A stretch of DNA of 64,000 nucleotides from Isurus oxyrinchus (taxonomy: Eukaryota): assembly GCA_026770705.1 (NCBI GenBank), contig JANJGN010000022.1, positions 15,500,001-15,564,000 of the forward strand, written 5' to 3'. Positions 1 through 12,480 of the stretch are shown here, one piece after another. Each line of letters starts with the position of its first letter. Position 1 is the stretch's first letter. The notes beneath the pieces are model-generated. The model was not told the DNA's origin. It ran no database searches and worked only from the letters and a program-made list of their open reading frames with translations. Both the position numbers and the translations under genes were made by a program.

Positions 1-670
1 GAGCATAAGAAATAGCCGCTGGAGTCAGCCATTTGTCCCTTTGAACCTGCTCCACCATTTAATAAGATCATGGCTGACCGTCTTCTTTAATTCTACCTTC
101 CTACAACATCACCACATCCCTTAATTCCCTCAGCACCCAAAAATCTATTAACCTCTGCCTTGAATATACTCAACAACTGAGCATCCAGATGTCCCTGGGG
201 AAGAGAAACCCAAAGATCACTTGCTTCTGAGTGAAGAAATTTCTCCTCATCTTAGTTCTAAATGGCCGTCCCTTATTCTGAGACTGTGACCTCATGTTCT
301 AGATTCCATAGTCAGCAGGAAGGTTTTCTCAGTATCTTCTCAAGCCTCTTAAGGATTGCTTTAATTAGGTCATCTCTCATTCTTTTAAACTCCAGGGAAT
401 ATAGGCCTGATCTATTCAATCACTCCTCACAGAATAATCCTCTCATCTCAGGAATCATTCTAGTGAACCTATGTAGCACTTGATCTAGGGCAAGCATGTC
501 TTTCCTTAGGTAAGGAGAACAAAACTACACACAATACACAGGGATGGCCTCACCATGCTCTGTATAATTGCACTAAGATGTTTCTACTCTTATATTCCAT
601 ATCCTTTGTAAGAAAAGTGAACATACCATTTGACCTCCTAAATGGTTGCTGTCCCCGAATGTTAACTTTC
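1..670 (-). mobile_element. CR1 LINE 3' fragment (ORF2 end, 3'UTR and tail), decayed
   Basis: Window starts with the reverse complement of a CR1-type tail (CATAAGAAATAG..GGAGT..GCCATT). The minus strand near 515-555 is a decayed VRPxLEYCVQFWSP motif of CR1 ORF2. Confidence 0.8.
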
Positions 671-705
671 TGGCCTGAATTTTTAGCTCCTTTCAAACTA
701 TGATG

Positions 706-794
706 TTACTGGGCCAGTGGAACTATAGGGTTACTGAGCTAGTTCAACTCTAGACTTACTGGGCCTGTGGAACTGTAAAGTTGCTGAGCTGTTT
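706..794. repeat. Imperfect tandem duplication, ~50 bp period
   Basis: TTACTGGGCCAGTGGAACTATAGGGTTACTGAGCT (706) vs TTACTGGGCCTGTGGAACTGTAAAGTTGCTGAGCT (756). Confidence 0.8.
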
Positions 795-1040
795 TTCATT
801 CTTTTATGGGATGTGAGCATTGCTGGCAAGGCCAGCATTTGTTTCCCAAACCTAATTGTCCTTGAAGTGAATAGTTTGCTAGATCAATTCAGGGGGTAGT
901 TAAGAGTCAACCACATTGCTAGTGGGTCTGGAGTTGCCAGTAGGCCAGATCAGGTAAGAATGGCAGACTTTTCTTCCCTCATTAATGAACCAGATGGATT
1001 TTTATGATGATCAATGATAGTTTCATGGTCACCATCACTG
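795..1040 (-). mobile_element. CR1-type 3' tail plus SINE-body fragment
   Basis: TTCATTC..GGGATGTG..GCTGGCAAGGCCAGCATTT..CCTAATTG is the reverse of the CR1 tail seen on + at 49735-49870. It is followed by GAGTCAACCACATTGC..GGCCAGA..GGTAAG, recalled as a shark SINE body. Confidence 0.6.
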
Positions 1041-1525
1041 TTAAACACCTTCTTTCCATTATGCTTACTTCAGGAATGGGTAAAGAATGCCAAATGTCTG
1101 TTATTACGCAAAATGTCAAGCTGCCAACTTCCAGCTGTAAACAAGTGCACAGTTCTTGCCCACCATACTGGGACCTTAATAATCTAAGAACACCCGAAAA
1201 ATGGGCACTCCATGGCACCAATTTCTAAGCCCTAATATAAATCTGCACAGGCTGCTCCACATGAAATAACTTACCATTTAAAAAACTGACGTTACACATA
1301 TTGTTGTAATAAATGTATTGAAATGTTTATCTGGCTGTATTGGATAAAATTAAAAGGTTTTCTCTTGTTAACAGCTGTGGGCTGGAAGACGTTTTAGTTA
1401 TAGGCAATGAACCGTATTTTGAGTTGTTTGGTATAATTCCATCTCAATCTGTTTGTATTGAGGCTAAAAGAATTTCAGAAATAATCTGTGATTGAAAATA
1501 TATTGAGTTATGCTTTTCACCGTCA

Positions 1526-1690
1526 GGCGAAATTCTGACATCTACCAGCTAGTCCTTTTGAGTCACCATGTTCGCTCTGTAGGAATCGCTTCACTGTGGT
1601 AAATGGGTAGATGGTGAAAAAGTGCTTGGCATCCTAGGAGCTGCAGAGTGAGTATCCAGGACCAGGAAGGATGCCAGTCAATTTTCCCAC
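1526..1690. mobile_element. Degenerate palindromic MITE, possibly Harbinger-type
   Basis: Ends GGCGAAATT / AATTTTCCC. Internal arms ATGTTCGCTCTGTAG and CTGCAGAGTGAGTAT are reverse-complementary once transitions are allowed. Confidence 0.3.
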
Positions 1691-2112
1691 AATGAGAGCC
1701 ATTCTCTGACAGATCCTGAAGTACGTCAGTGGTTTTGTTCCAGTGGGGAGATCCAATATGACGGCTCTCCAAAAGGCTGCTCATGGATCCCCAGGGAGAA
1801 GAGAATAAACTTTTTTTAAATAAATTGTAACAGGCCACTATCTTGCATTGAAAATACTCACTTGACATTTCAATTTTTTGCATTGTTGGATTGTCAGTAA
1901 TTGCCGAACTTGTAAGTATGGACCAACATTAAATAATGTGCAGTGAGCATTTAAGTAGACTTCACCTAAGATAGCAAGAAAGAAGCTTATAAAGCTCACT
2001 TTATAAAATATTTCAACTCCTCCAATATGCTCCCTTCCTCTCCCAAAGGTACTGATCCAAGGTTGGGATATGGTTCCACATATACTGACTGCCTTCCAAG
2101 ACCTTGCCCTGG

Positions 2113-2430
2113 TCATAGGGTCATAGAATTTGCTGTAGAGAAACAGACCATTTGGCCCATTAGGCTCACCCTGGATTTCTGAAAGAACTGTTCACCTATT
2201 CTCACTCCACTGGTTTTCACACATATATTTCCTATTCCGTGTCTTAACAATCATGTGAGTAAAATATTTTCACCTGATACCTTCCTTCATTCTTTTACCG
2301 ATGATCTTAAATTCATGCCTTCTGGTTACTGGTTTACTCATCAGTGAAAATAGTATTCCTCATTTAATCAAAACCTCACATAATTTTGCACAATTCTGTC
2401 AGGCCTCTTCATATGCTTCTCTGTTCAATG
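2113..2430 (-). mobile_element. Old CR1 3' fragment
   Basis: TCATAGAAT..GAAACAG.CCATTTGGCCCA tail motif followed by ATCTTAAATT..TGCC and ATAATTTTG, the same pattern as 54225-54850. Confidence 0.5.
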
Positions 2431-2826
2431 ACAACAGTTTGCATTTTCATACCACCTTTAACATCGTAAAATATCTCAAGGCATTTCACAGGAGGGTTAT
2501 CAGACAAAAATTGACAAGGCCAAAGAGGGAAACATGAGAATAGGTGAGTAAATGCTTGGTCACTGAGGTTGATTTTAAGCAGCTTATTAAAGGAGAAGTG
2601 GTGGAGAGCAAAGAGGTGGGGTGGGGCGGATGGGGGGCCGGGGCGGTGTTGGGGATGGAATTCTAGAGTTTAGGAATTAGATGGCTGAAGATGCAGCTCC
2701 CAATGTTGAGGGATGAAGGAAATGGGCTGCACAAACATACATACGAGTTAGGAGCAGGAGTAGAAAAAGAAGCCAGAATTGGAGAAAAACAGAATTCAAG
2801 GAGACTGTCATGAAGAGATTAATGTC

Positions 2827-3622
2827 TGTAATGATATTGGAAGTTATTTTTTTTAAATAGAGTTTAGTGGTGTCCATATCTATGTGTATGTCTTAACTGG
2901 ATTAAAGCCAGCTAGTCTGGGTGCTTTGATGTATAGTAGTTTTGAGATGTTAATGAGATAAACATAAGGAAGTTAAAAGGTAAAGTGTAAATTTGCATTT
3001 GTTGAATAAAGCATTCAAGAGTGGGAGTAAAATCTTGAACCTAACTGGGAGATGCCAAGCAATGTGTTTATATTACAATAAAATGATTAGGATGAAAATG
3101 TTATTGTTAGAAAATGTGACGTTAAAATCCTAGTAATACAATGGGAAAGTTACATTCAAAGGAAAAGCTAGGTATAAACGGAAAGGAGTTTGTGTGTGTA
3201 AGGCAGGGGCATTTAAGATCTAACCAACCTATAAGTCTACAACTGTGTCTACAAAGGAGCCAAACTGTAAGGAACCTCATTTTGAATTCATAAGGTCAAA
3301 TGTGCTTTGCCTGATGTCTGTTTAAAGTCTGTGGGTTACTGTTGCCTTGGTGAAGATTTACCTGGGAGTGTTTAATTTGGGGATTTGTTTAAAAGTTATT
3401 ATGGTAGTAATTTGTAGACATGTGTATGTGTTTATGTGTTTAATTTGTTGTTAAATTAATAAATGTTTAATTTAGTTTTATATAAAAAACCTCTGGTGGT
3501 CTTATTCCTGAATACAGAGCTGCATCTTAAACATACCAATTGAAAGTATAGGTTATGACAGTTGTTAAAGTTTCCCTCTGGGATTTAAACAACTCAGCTT
3601 TTACCAACAGAGAGTTCTATAC
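2827..3622 (+). mobile_element. Solo LTR-like insertion in L2
   Basis: Starts TGTAAT, has AATAAA near 3459 followed by a U5-like stretch, no coding remnant, and interrupts colinear L2 sequence. 3' CA end and TSD are not clean. Confidence 0.55.
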
Positions 3623-4484
3623 CTGGAGAATGTTAGGGAGGAGCAAGGCATGGAGGGAATTGAACTGGGAGCCAATATTAGTCATTGAGAAAAAGGGAGA
3701 TGGGTGAAGATGATTTGGTGTGAGCTAAGATGCAAGCAGCATAACTCTGGATGTCTTATGATAAAAGGGACCCTAGCCAGGGAAGCATTGGAATAGTCAA
3801 ATCTGGAGATGGCAAACGTATGGATGAAAGTTTCAGCAGCAGACATGCACAGACAAAGGTGGAGATGGGTAAAATTAGAAGGTGGAAGTAGGCAGTCTTT
3901 GCAAAGAAGAGGATATAGGCTCACAGTTTAGCTCAGTGTCAAATAGAATGCCAAGTTTCCAAACAGTTTTATTCAGCCTCAGCCAGTAGCCAATGTGCTG
4001 GGTGAAATTAGTGTCTAGGGTTTATGGCAGTAGCCGAAGACAATTGAATCACTTTTTACAATGTTTAATCGGGGGAAATTGTAACTAATATAAGATTGGG
4101 TGTTAGCCAAACAGCCTGACAACACAAAGGCAGTGAAGATGTTGAAAGCAGTGATGATGAAGTACAGCTGGGAATTGTCAGTGTACATGTGGAGTCTGAT
4201 GTCTTCAGCCAATGTTGCTGAGGCATAACACATGGATGAAAAATAGGAGGAGCCAAAGGATAGATCCTCGTGGGACACCGAGGATAGTGGTGTGGTGGCA
4301 AGACATGAAGCCATTGCAGGAGGTTTTCTGGCTACAACAGGATGTGTAAGAGTGAAACCAGATGAGGGCAACAGACAATGGAGAAGAGGAACTAAAGAAG
4401 CACAGCGTAGTCAAGCAATAGTGCAGACAGACTGAGCAGATGAGGAGGGATAGCTTACCATGGACATTGTCACAGAGGACATTT

Positions 4485-5486
4485 TGAGGGACTAAGACCT
4501 CAGACTTATATAGATATGCTCATTGCTATTTATAAAATTGAAAACAAAACTGGACAAAGATCCTCAAAATGGAATAAACTAGGTTGGCCTGTGACCGCTG
4601 AACAAAAGAAGACATTGTCAGTTTTAGGAAAACTCACACTTTGATATTTTCAACAACCCCCCCCACCCCCACTCCGTGGACTGTACAGCCCAATTTCAAA
4701 GAGAGCATTTAATAACCCAGGCTGGCCAGAAAGTGATGGATTGTCTGCTAAGATAAAGGCCCTGCAATCTTCCTTTCAATTCCTATTGGCTGAGACTTTT
4801 AACAGTCTTTGGAATTCAGACGATGGATGCACATCCTTTGTCAAAGACCTGGTGGAGCGGTGGGAGTCATGTGACATATCTCTCTGGCTTGTAGAAAAGG
4901 TAACATTGCCTTGCTGAACTGCATAGGTCAGTCTGCTGTTTACCAACTAACTAGCAGCCTTACAGACAAGGAGCTCTGACCAGGCAGAATACCTGGGCCC
5001 CATCTATACTGCACCATCACATACAAGACTGATTAATCTCTGTATCCCTATCTTATCGTGTGAAGTCACCCCCACCGGTAAAATGAATTATCCTGCATCA
5101 GTTTTCAACCCACCAACCTCTGTGAAGGAATACCTCACTGGACTTTGATTTTGGACTCTGGAACTCATGTCAACCAATATTTATTTTCCCTGTGGTCTCT
5201 GTACTATCAAATCTTCTTTTCTCTATCCACCTTTTTACTGGCTGAATGTGGAGGCGATGTTGCGTTTTCAATGGGTGCAATAAATTAACCCTTTAGTGGT
5301 TCATGCTATCTTGAGTTTGCTGTGGGGTTATTGATGGAAAATTGGATCATACAAAAACTGAGGGTTTGGGAAATACACCACCGCTTATAAAGAGGGAAAC
5401 AAATCAAAACACCTTTCTGTCTGTGGATGGGTAGGGAGAGGAGAAATGAGTGCCATTTAATTTAAACCCCCTCCTGTCTGAAATCA
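4485..5486 (+). mobile_element. Solo LTR-like insertion (~1 kb) in L2
   Basis: TG...CA ends (TGAGGGAC...GTCTGAAATCA), AATAAA near 5278, L2 continues on both sides. TSD not resolved. Confidence 0.45.
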
Positions 5487-5559
5487 TATCATGTGCAGCT
5501 TCAACCTCGGCCATTTCAGTGCTGTGAAAAGAGCCCCAGCTCTCAGATCTCTGCTCAGA

Positions 5560-5885
5560 GTACACTGTCAGAGGTGCCGTCTTTTGGAAAAGACGTTAAG
5601 CTGAGGCTGCATCTGCCTGCACGGGTGGATGCAAAAGATCGAATGGCACTATTTTGAAGAGGCACTGGGGAGTTATCCCAGGCATTCTGGCCAGTATTTC
5701 TTCCCTAGTCAACATCATAAAAACATTGGACAACATATTACTGTCTGTGGAAATTTGCTGTGTGCAAATTGGCTGGTGCATTTCCTACAGTAACTAAACT
5801 TCAGGAAATACTTAATTGGCTGTAAAGTGTTTTGAGATGTCCAGTGGTTATGAGAATACACTATATAAATACAAGTCCTTCTTTT
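5560..5885 (+). mobile_element. SacSINE1-like DeuSINE, head-truncated
   Basis: Deu-domain-like GAGGTGCCGTCTTT.G.A.AGACGTTAA..GAGG..AAAAGATC..ATGGCACTATTT, and an L2-derived tail ..CTATATAAATACAAGTC. Same family as 53506-53966 and 59380-59700. Confidence 0.75.
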
Positions 5886-5978
5886 CTTCAATGCATTACA
5901 TCACATTTCTTCACATTGAGTTTAATCTGACTTAAATCTGTCTAATTATATACATATACCTAGATATAATAAATGTAT

Positions 5979-7827
5979 TGTTACAATCAGGTGAGTAGCA
6001 GATAGAAAATAGGATCCCCTATTTTCCCACTTCTTGTTTGACCGCAAAAGGTTTTTTTTTAAAGGATGTGTTTGCCAATTCTATTTAACTATTTATGTGT
6101 TGTGACTGTAAAATACACACAGAGAGATTTCCTTGTAAGGTTTTAAAACAAAAACAGAATAGTGTTTATTGTATTTAACCTGGTCTGAGTAAAAATCATA
6201 AAAGTGTTCCAACTTCCACGCACACACACGCTCAATGTTCACACAAGCAAGTTGCGGAGTGGGAGGATAAATTAAGCAGTATTTTTAGAGTCCAATAAAA
6301 GTTAAAGGTATATGGGTGGTGTAGGCTGATGGCAGGGATGTTTTTTTGGCTGAGCTTGATGGTACCTCTGGATCCAGTGTTGAGACAATTTAAATATGTT
6401 GCCCTCCCCGTCAGATCCTTCCCACATACCAAGAATCTCATCTCCTCTGCACATTGCCCTCGAGGTGGCTGTTGTGGGGAAGAAATCATTGTTCACCTCT
6501 TTGTGGGATGTGCCTTTGTAAAGAAGGTCTGGAGGGAGATACAGTGGTTTTTGTTGAGGTTCATCCCAAGCAGTTCTGTGACACAGGACTCTGTGCTCTA
6601 AGGGCTGTTCCCAGGGACACACACCGAGACAAACATCAACTGCAGCTGGAGGATCATCAACTCGGTGAAAGACGTTCTTTGGTCTGCCCGAAATTTGCTG
6701 GTCTTCCAGTGTAAAGAGTTGTCCCCGACTGAGTGTTGCTGACTGGCACATTCCACGGTCCAAGGCTACGTGCTGAGGGACACACTACAGCTTGGGGCAG
6801 CCTTCACAAAGGTTCAGTGGGGAAGGGTTGCTGTCTAAGACCTTTCTGTCATAGTGCACTGAGAGGTTGGGAATTGCATAGACCCCCGCGGGCTGTATGA
6901 CTCACAATGAGTGTATGTATTGAATACTAAATGTGTTATAATTGTATTGAAGCACCTCAGAGTGCAACATGATGTGGGTCGATAACTCCAACACGATAGC
7001 ACTGTCTGTCTGTAATGGCCATATTGAAATGACTGTAATATTCATTGATTGTATTGAAGCACCTAATGATCCATGTGTATAAGGCGAATATGATTGTGCT
7101 TTTTAATGGCCATTTAGAAATGTTTTGTAATGTTCTTCCAGATATTTTATGAATAAAATATATTTTTCCAAAAAAAATGTAAATATGATGATGGGCAATT
7201 TATATCTTCTCTTGTGGAGTTGGCATCTGATGGGTTAATTCTTAACTCATGCCTGCAGTGAGTGGATTGTCAATCAGCCAACAGGACTCAACTTGCAGGC
7301 AGGGTGGAAAGAGAGAGAGAGAGAGAGAAAGAGAAAGAGAAAAAGTGGCCCACAGGGGTCCTGCTTCTCCAGCATCTCTTTAGCTTCTGATTTTGTGACC
7401 TTGAGAAAAACAGTTTGTTAAACACAATAGAGGATTAGCTGGCCTATCACGTGATCCTCTCTCTCCAACTGAACAGGGACCCAAATATGGTCATGTCTAG
7501 TAGATTCTAGATGCATGCTTTCAACTTGATTAGAATGTGGCTGGATGAATTCCTTTCTTAGCCAGAATTAATTGTTTTAGGTGATTATATGTAATGCATC
7601 ATACCCACCCAGGTGAATACACCAGGGGATTGGCTGGATGTTCTGTGAATGGGTGAGGAGATGATCCCATTTACACTCCTTCAAGGTAATTGCCTTTGCT
7701 ATGGTTTTCTATAAAGGTTGGCTCCATTTTAAAGATTATGGAATGTGTAAGGTACAGTCATGCAAATGTTCAGCCATCTTAGAAACCGATGCTTCAAGTC
7801 ACTGGAAATCTGTTTGAATCTTTTACA
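5979..7827 (-). mobile_element. Solo LTR in reverse orientation, interrupted by a Tx1 fragment
   Basis: TGTTACAATC...CTTTTACA termini, TTTATT (reverse poly(A) signal) near 6165, internal (CA)n and (GA)n tracts, no coding remnant. TSD not found. Confidence 0.55.
6402..7177 (+). mobile_element. Tx1 (L1-clade) LINE, 5'-truncated 3' end
   Basis: Encodes the ORF2 C-terminal CCHC knuckle (HCPRGGCCGEEIIVHLFVGCAFVKKVW), then a 3'UTR, AATAAA and poly(A) at 7170-7177. Imperfect 15-bp TSD AATTTAAATATGTTG (6387-6401) / AATGTAAATATGATG (7176-7190). Confidence 0.85.
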
Positions 7828-7829
7828 AC

Positions 7830-9420
7830 TCAATCAATGGTTTTCAACCAGTAAATCTATAAAGCCATTTATGATATACATCATAGCTTTATAATAATAT
7901 GCAAAGTGATAGAGAGACAAAAATGGGGAAGGGATAAGGTCCCAACACTGACCTTTAGGTGTATTAGTGTTTATAGCCTTGCAGTCTGAAATAATATGTT
8001 CTACCAGGGTTTTCTCTCTTTTATTCCATCCTCTTACACTTTCTTTCATGTTCTGCATTCTACTTTTATTAACAAGCCACCTCTCCTGCACCTTATCAAA
8101 TGCCTTTTGAAAATCCACATACATATCCACTACTTTTTGTTTATCAATACAGTCCATTATTGCTTCAAAGAATTTTAGTGCCTGAGGATTTACTTCTGTT
8201 GTTTACTTACTCAGCCTGGTAACTTTTAATCTCAGAAATGTCTTTTACAGTAAGGATTTGCCCCTAGGGATTTTTCCTCTAGTGCAATCTTCCAGCCTCA
8301 TTTAATTCCTTATGAATTTGATCTTTTCGAGCTGAGTGTGAGCTCCCACCCATCTTCCTGTGTCATGAACCATAGGGACTTTCGGCCTCTAGCTGCTCTC
8401 TCCCTCCCAGACCCTTGCAGACTAACCTTGTTTGTGAATTTTCAAATAAATCTTATCCCCTTGCCTGCTCAAAGCCCATCTCTATGGCAATGTGAATCAC
8501 ATGGGCCTTATACCCAGGTAGAAATGTTGATTAACTATCCTTGCAACCCCAACTCTCTTTTGTCTCAGAAGTAAAAGGACAGTTTGCACAACTGTTTGCA
8601 ACCTGGCATTCTCAACACTTTCTGAGACTTTGGAGACTCGCAGTCATTCATTGTTAGTACACAGGCTGCTGTCATTGTCTCCAAGTGTGAATATCTTGCA
8701 CCTTCTTCCCAGTAAAAAAATCTGGACCCCATTAATGTCCATCAATCAATCCCACCACCCCCCACCGCCCCCCCCCCCCCACCCCCCGTCCCAGGCTTGC
8801 TGTCAGGCAGGCTACAGAATAAGTCACATTGTCCTATTCATTTCACCTTAACTTAATGATACAATCTCAAAACATAACAATCTTACACACCTCACAATTG
8901 TAACAATATAAATGGATATTTGATATTTTGTGTTCAGAGCCTCTGCTGTTACCTCACCAACTTCCCTCAGTATTTCTGGATGTGTAATTGTAGAGCCTGG
9001 TGCCCTTCTCTTTTTGAATTCTATTATATTTTTCAGTATTTCTCTCTGAACTGTAGTTATCCTCTCCAACTGGTCTATTTCCTTCTACTGTGCTCCTTCT
9101 CATCCATTTCTGTGAAAACCAAGACAAAGTACGAGTATCTAGTATCTCTACCGTTCCTTTATGTTCCATGAGCAGACTCCTTTTTCCATTTGAAAGTTTT
9201 TTTTTATTGGCTATCCATTGTCTTGTTTGACAATTTTTCTTTCCAATTTATTTTGGCTCTTACACTTTGTATCTCACTGAAGTTAGCTTGTTCCAAGTAA
9301 AGTGCCTTGATCTTTGACTGTTCACTTTCCTTTTCAGTTTTGGCATTGTTCCTAATTATGTCATAGCTGCTGTTTTCTAGATGTTCCCTTATTCTTAGCT
9401 TACGTACCAATCATTCATCC
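7830..9420 (-). mobile_element. Scattered, heavily decayed CR1 ORF2 fragments (~7830-8180 and ~8880-9420)
   Basis: Minus ORF 'VDMYVDFQKAFDKV' (CR1 RT domain) and 'APGSTITHPEILREVGEVTAEAL' (CR1 PGPDxIHPRVLKE motif). Confidence 0.65.
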
Positions 9421-9474
9421 ATTAAAGTTGAACATAGACTGCAAGTATCAGCAAGCAATTTTTCTGCAAGGGTT

Positions 9475-9590
9475 AGAGAGGGGAGAGAGGGAGGGGGAGG
9501 GCGAGAGAGGAAAAGGAAGAGAGAGGAAAGGGGAGAGAGTTGAATCCAATCTGTGTCTCATTCAACTTACACACGCACACACACACGCAA
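9475..9590. repeat. GA-rich low-complexity tract plus (CA)n
   Basis: GAGAGGGGAGAGAGGGAG... followed by CACACGCACACACACAC. Confidence 0.8.
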
Positions 9591-10403
9591 TTTCCATTGG
9601 AATAATTGTGGCTGCCTTGATTGATTTTCCTCCTCTCAACCCATGCGTGCTGAGACCAGTTGTTGTATTCCAAATGCCATGACCACTGACATCAACCAGC
9701 TAAATGGTGAGCCGCAGTTGACTGTGGGGCCTCCCTGATTTGTATGGTCAAGAACATTTTTTGCATCTCTTTAAGCATTATAAAAATATTATATGAATTA
9801 AAATCATTCATAACATTCAACAGTTATAAATTGAAAAGGAACACTTTTTTATTAATATGCCCTTGTAAGGAACATATTAATGCTCAGTAATCACTCATTT
9901 ATATAATTAGTTCAGGCTTAGACAGCCCTTCTGTAACTCGCATGGCCCCCAAAACTACCTCACTGAATTTTACAAAAATAGTGAATATAAAAAATTTTTT
10001 GGTCTGGTTTAAGTTCCTATCTCTGCTTCTCTTGGCATGACATATATAAATATATCTTAAAATTGGCAGTTCAGGAAGTAACTGAAGTGGAGTGAAGGAT
10101 CCTGCTACTGGCACATAGCAAATCTGGATGTAAGCTTTGATATTATTTATATCTTTGATTGATATTAAGAGTGCCAAAGTATCATAAAGATAAAAAATTG
10201 AAGTAACTGAGGTTTAATAAAATGTGCAGTTGTTAGGCAAACAGCAGTGCAGAGTGCCTCTGCGTAGATGGTTGTCAATCACCACTCATAGACGCCAAAC
10301 AGCATGTTGTCAAGGTGTCCTGTGTGAAGTAGTAAGGTATGCCTGGTGACTCTTGTACAGAAGAAAAAAAAGGGGGGAGGCACTAAATAAATACCATTCT
10401 TCC

Positions 10404-11760
10404 TATTAGGAAATAGAGATAAGTTAAGTACGTTTTATATTTGTATTTGTGGGTGTTAGGAATGACTTTTAGCTTTAAAGTTTAAGTTGGATTGTATTTC
10501 TGTATGTATGTGTTAAGAAAGGGTCAAGTTGAGTTTTAGTTTCATTTTAAAGGGTGCCTGCATTTCTAACGAAAGTTTTATGACTGCTGAAACTAAGTTA
10601 AACAAACAAACAGAAAAAAAACTGGGCTGTTGCTTAGCAACAGGGGTCCAGAGAGGCAGGTCCCTCCCATCCACAGACACACACAACACACACGCACTGG
10701 GATGGTAAGAACTAAAAAAAGCAGTTTTGAGTTCAGTTTTGAAGGAGCTGCCAGGCAGAAACAGCCTAGAAGGTTAAGATAGCTAGACCCAAGCTAAAGT
10801 TGGTTTGAATACAGCTGTCAAGAGAGACTGGATACTGGGAGCGGGAATTACAGAGAGAGTAGATTTCCCAAAGGAACCAAAGGGTCCCAAGACAAAAGGG
10901 GTGAGACAGAAATGGGAGAAAGTCCCAAGGAGACCTTCTAGTCATTGGAATTACAGGAACCTGGAAAAGGTCCTGTTCAGTGAAGTTAAGAGTAAGGAGC
11001 AGAGAGGAAGGCTCCAAGCAGGAAGCAGATTTAAACTGAGAACAGCTTGTGAGAAGTCAGAAGGTCAAAAGAGACAGCTGAAGGTCTGTAATTCTCTGCT
11101 ATGGGCATGTGCAGCACCGGGCTACTGTTTTCAGCTGAGTCACTGAGGGCGAGTGCGTGGAAGAAAGTTTGAATGCATGTGGTGGCCCAGGGGAGAGGAA
11201 CATTGGAAAGAGAATTCGAAACCCTGGAGGTGAACCCTTGCGGAAGGCGTCTGAGAGAAAACATCGGTTTGAGAAAAGATTCTAAGGTGAGTTCTTGGAA
11301 AGTGGAGATTGGAAGCCCTCGTGTGAAAGATGGAATTCAGTGAGATTGTTTGGCTCATGCTGTAACAAGCATCTGGGGGGAGTTGAGGAGAGATCCATAG
11401 CATCTGGTTGAGGTGGCATCAGAGTGTGGTGTGTCTGACCACAGGTCGCCTTACTTACAGTGTACTTAGTGTGAACATCAGAGTATAAGATAGCTTTTGT
11501 AACTTGTGTTATCCTTACAAGTCTGTATCTTTCTGTAAAGATATAGTTATGGGTGAAGGAGTAATGTAATATAGTTTATCTTTTCTTGTTTAATAAATGT
11601 TTTATGCTTTAGTTAAAAGTTCATTGGCTGACTCCTGTGACTCTGTTCAGTAGCCCCTCTCCATGTATCTAAACAAACAAATAAAAGTTAGGATCTATCA
11701 AGCTGGGTTCTACCTTGGGATCAGGCTTGTCGAGAGGTAACCTCAGCTGGGATCATAACA
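10404..11760 (+). mobile_element. Solo LTR (1357 bp) with 5-bp TSD
   Basis: Termini TATTAGGA (ancestral TG) ... TCATAACA form a short inverted repeat. TSD CTTCC at 10399-10403 and 11761-11765. AATAAA near 11592. Confidence 0.8.
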
Positions 11761-11965
11761 CTTCCCCCATGCCCAAAGAAAGTGTTGAGGCTGGGAGTTC
11801 ATTGAAAGTTTCAAAACTGAGATTGATAGTTTTTTGTTAGGTAGGGGTATGAAGGTTACGCAAGACATGTAGATGGAGTTAAAATATAGATCAGCCGTGA
11901 CCTAACTGAATGGCGGAACAGGCTCAAGTGGGTAAATGGCCTGTTCCTGTTCCTATATCCCTAAC
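11761..11965 (+). mobile_element. CR1 3' end
   Basis: TTTCAAAACTGAGATTGATAG..TGAATGGCGGAACAGGCTC..ATGGCCT..TCCTGTTCCTAT, a typical CR1 3'UTR and tail. Confidence 0.75.
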
Positions 11966-12249
11966 ATAATTACAGATACATCAGTGCGTTTTCACTTCAT
12001 AGCTGTTTATCATTTTGAACTTTAATCTCTACTGATTGAATGTTTTCTGATGCTACAGAAAATCTTTTAGAGAGAGGCAAAAGCCATTTTTACATAAAGA
12101 TATGCAAGGTATTAGGATATCCTTCAGATTTATAATAGCATGATCTGGTATATAAAAAAAATCAGGTTTTATTTAGAGTGCTCAGTGGCAATGCAGGTTT
12201 TGTTAGTTATCTTATTTGTGGGAAAGATGCACACAACCTATTCAAGCTC

Positions 12250-12480
12250 TCTCAGATGGTCTTGAATGTTTGGTATTCCCGTCCACAGAAAGGAGTGGAG
12301 GCTGGGTCATTTCATACATTCAAGGTTGAGTGAGACAGATTTTTGATTCACAAGGGATTCAAGGTTTATAGGGGGCTAGCAGGAAAGTGGAGTCAAGGTC
12401 ACAATCAGATGGTGGTGCAGGCTTGAGGGGCTGAATGGCCTACTTCTGCTCCTATTTCTTATGTTCTCATATTCTTATGA
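12250..12480 (+). mobile_element. CR1 3' end
   Basis: Ends GGCTGAATGGCCTACTTCTGCTCCTATTTCTTATGTTCTCATATTCTTATG, the CR1 repeat tail. Confidence 0.8.

Larger units (their letters stand above)
2433..5530 (-). mobile_element. L2 LINE 3' part, split by two solo-LTR insertions
   Basis: Reversed L2 tail AACAGTTTGCATTT..CACCTTTAAC at 2433. Minus ORF remnants 'LGVPRGSILWLLLF' (PQGS motif), 'HMYTDNSQLY' (YADD motif) and 'FAISRFDYSNASL' are L2 RT/C-terminal motifs. L2 sequence resumes at ~3625 and ~5487. Confidence 0.8.

Noticed and set aside
6329-6601. 90-aa ORF with a hydrophobic N-terminus and zinc knuckle
   Set aside because: The N-terminus is LTR sequence fused by chance to the 5'-truncated Tx1 ORF2 at 6402.
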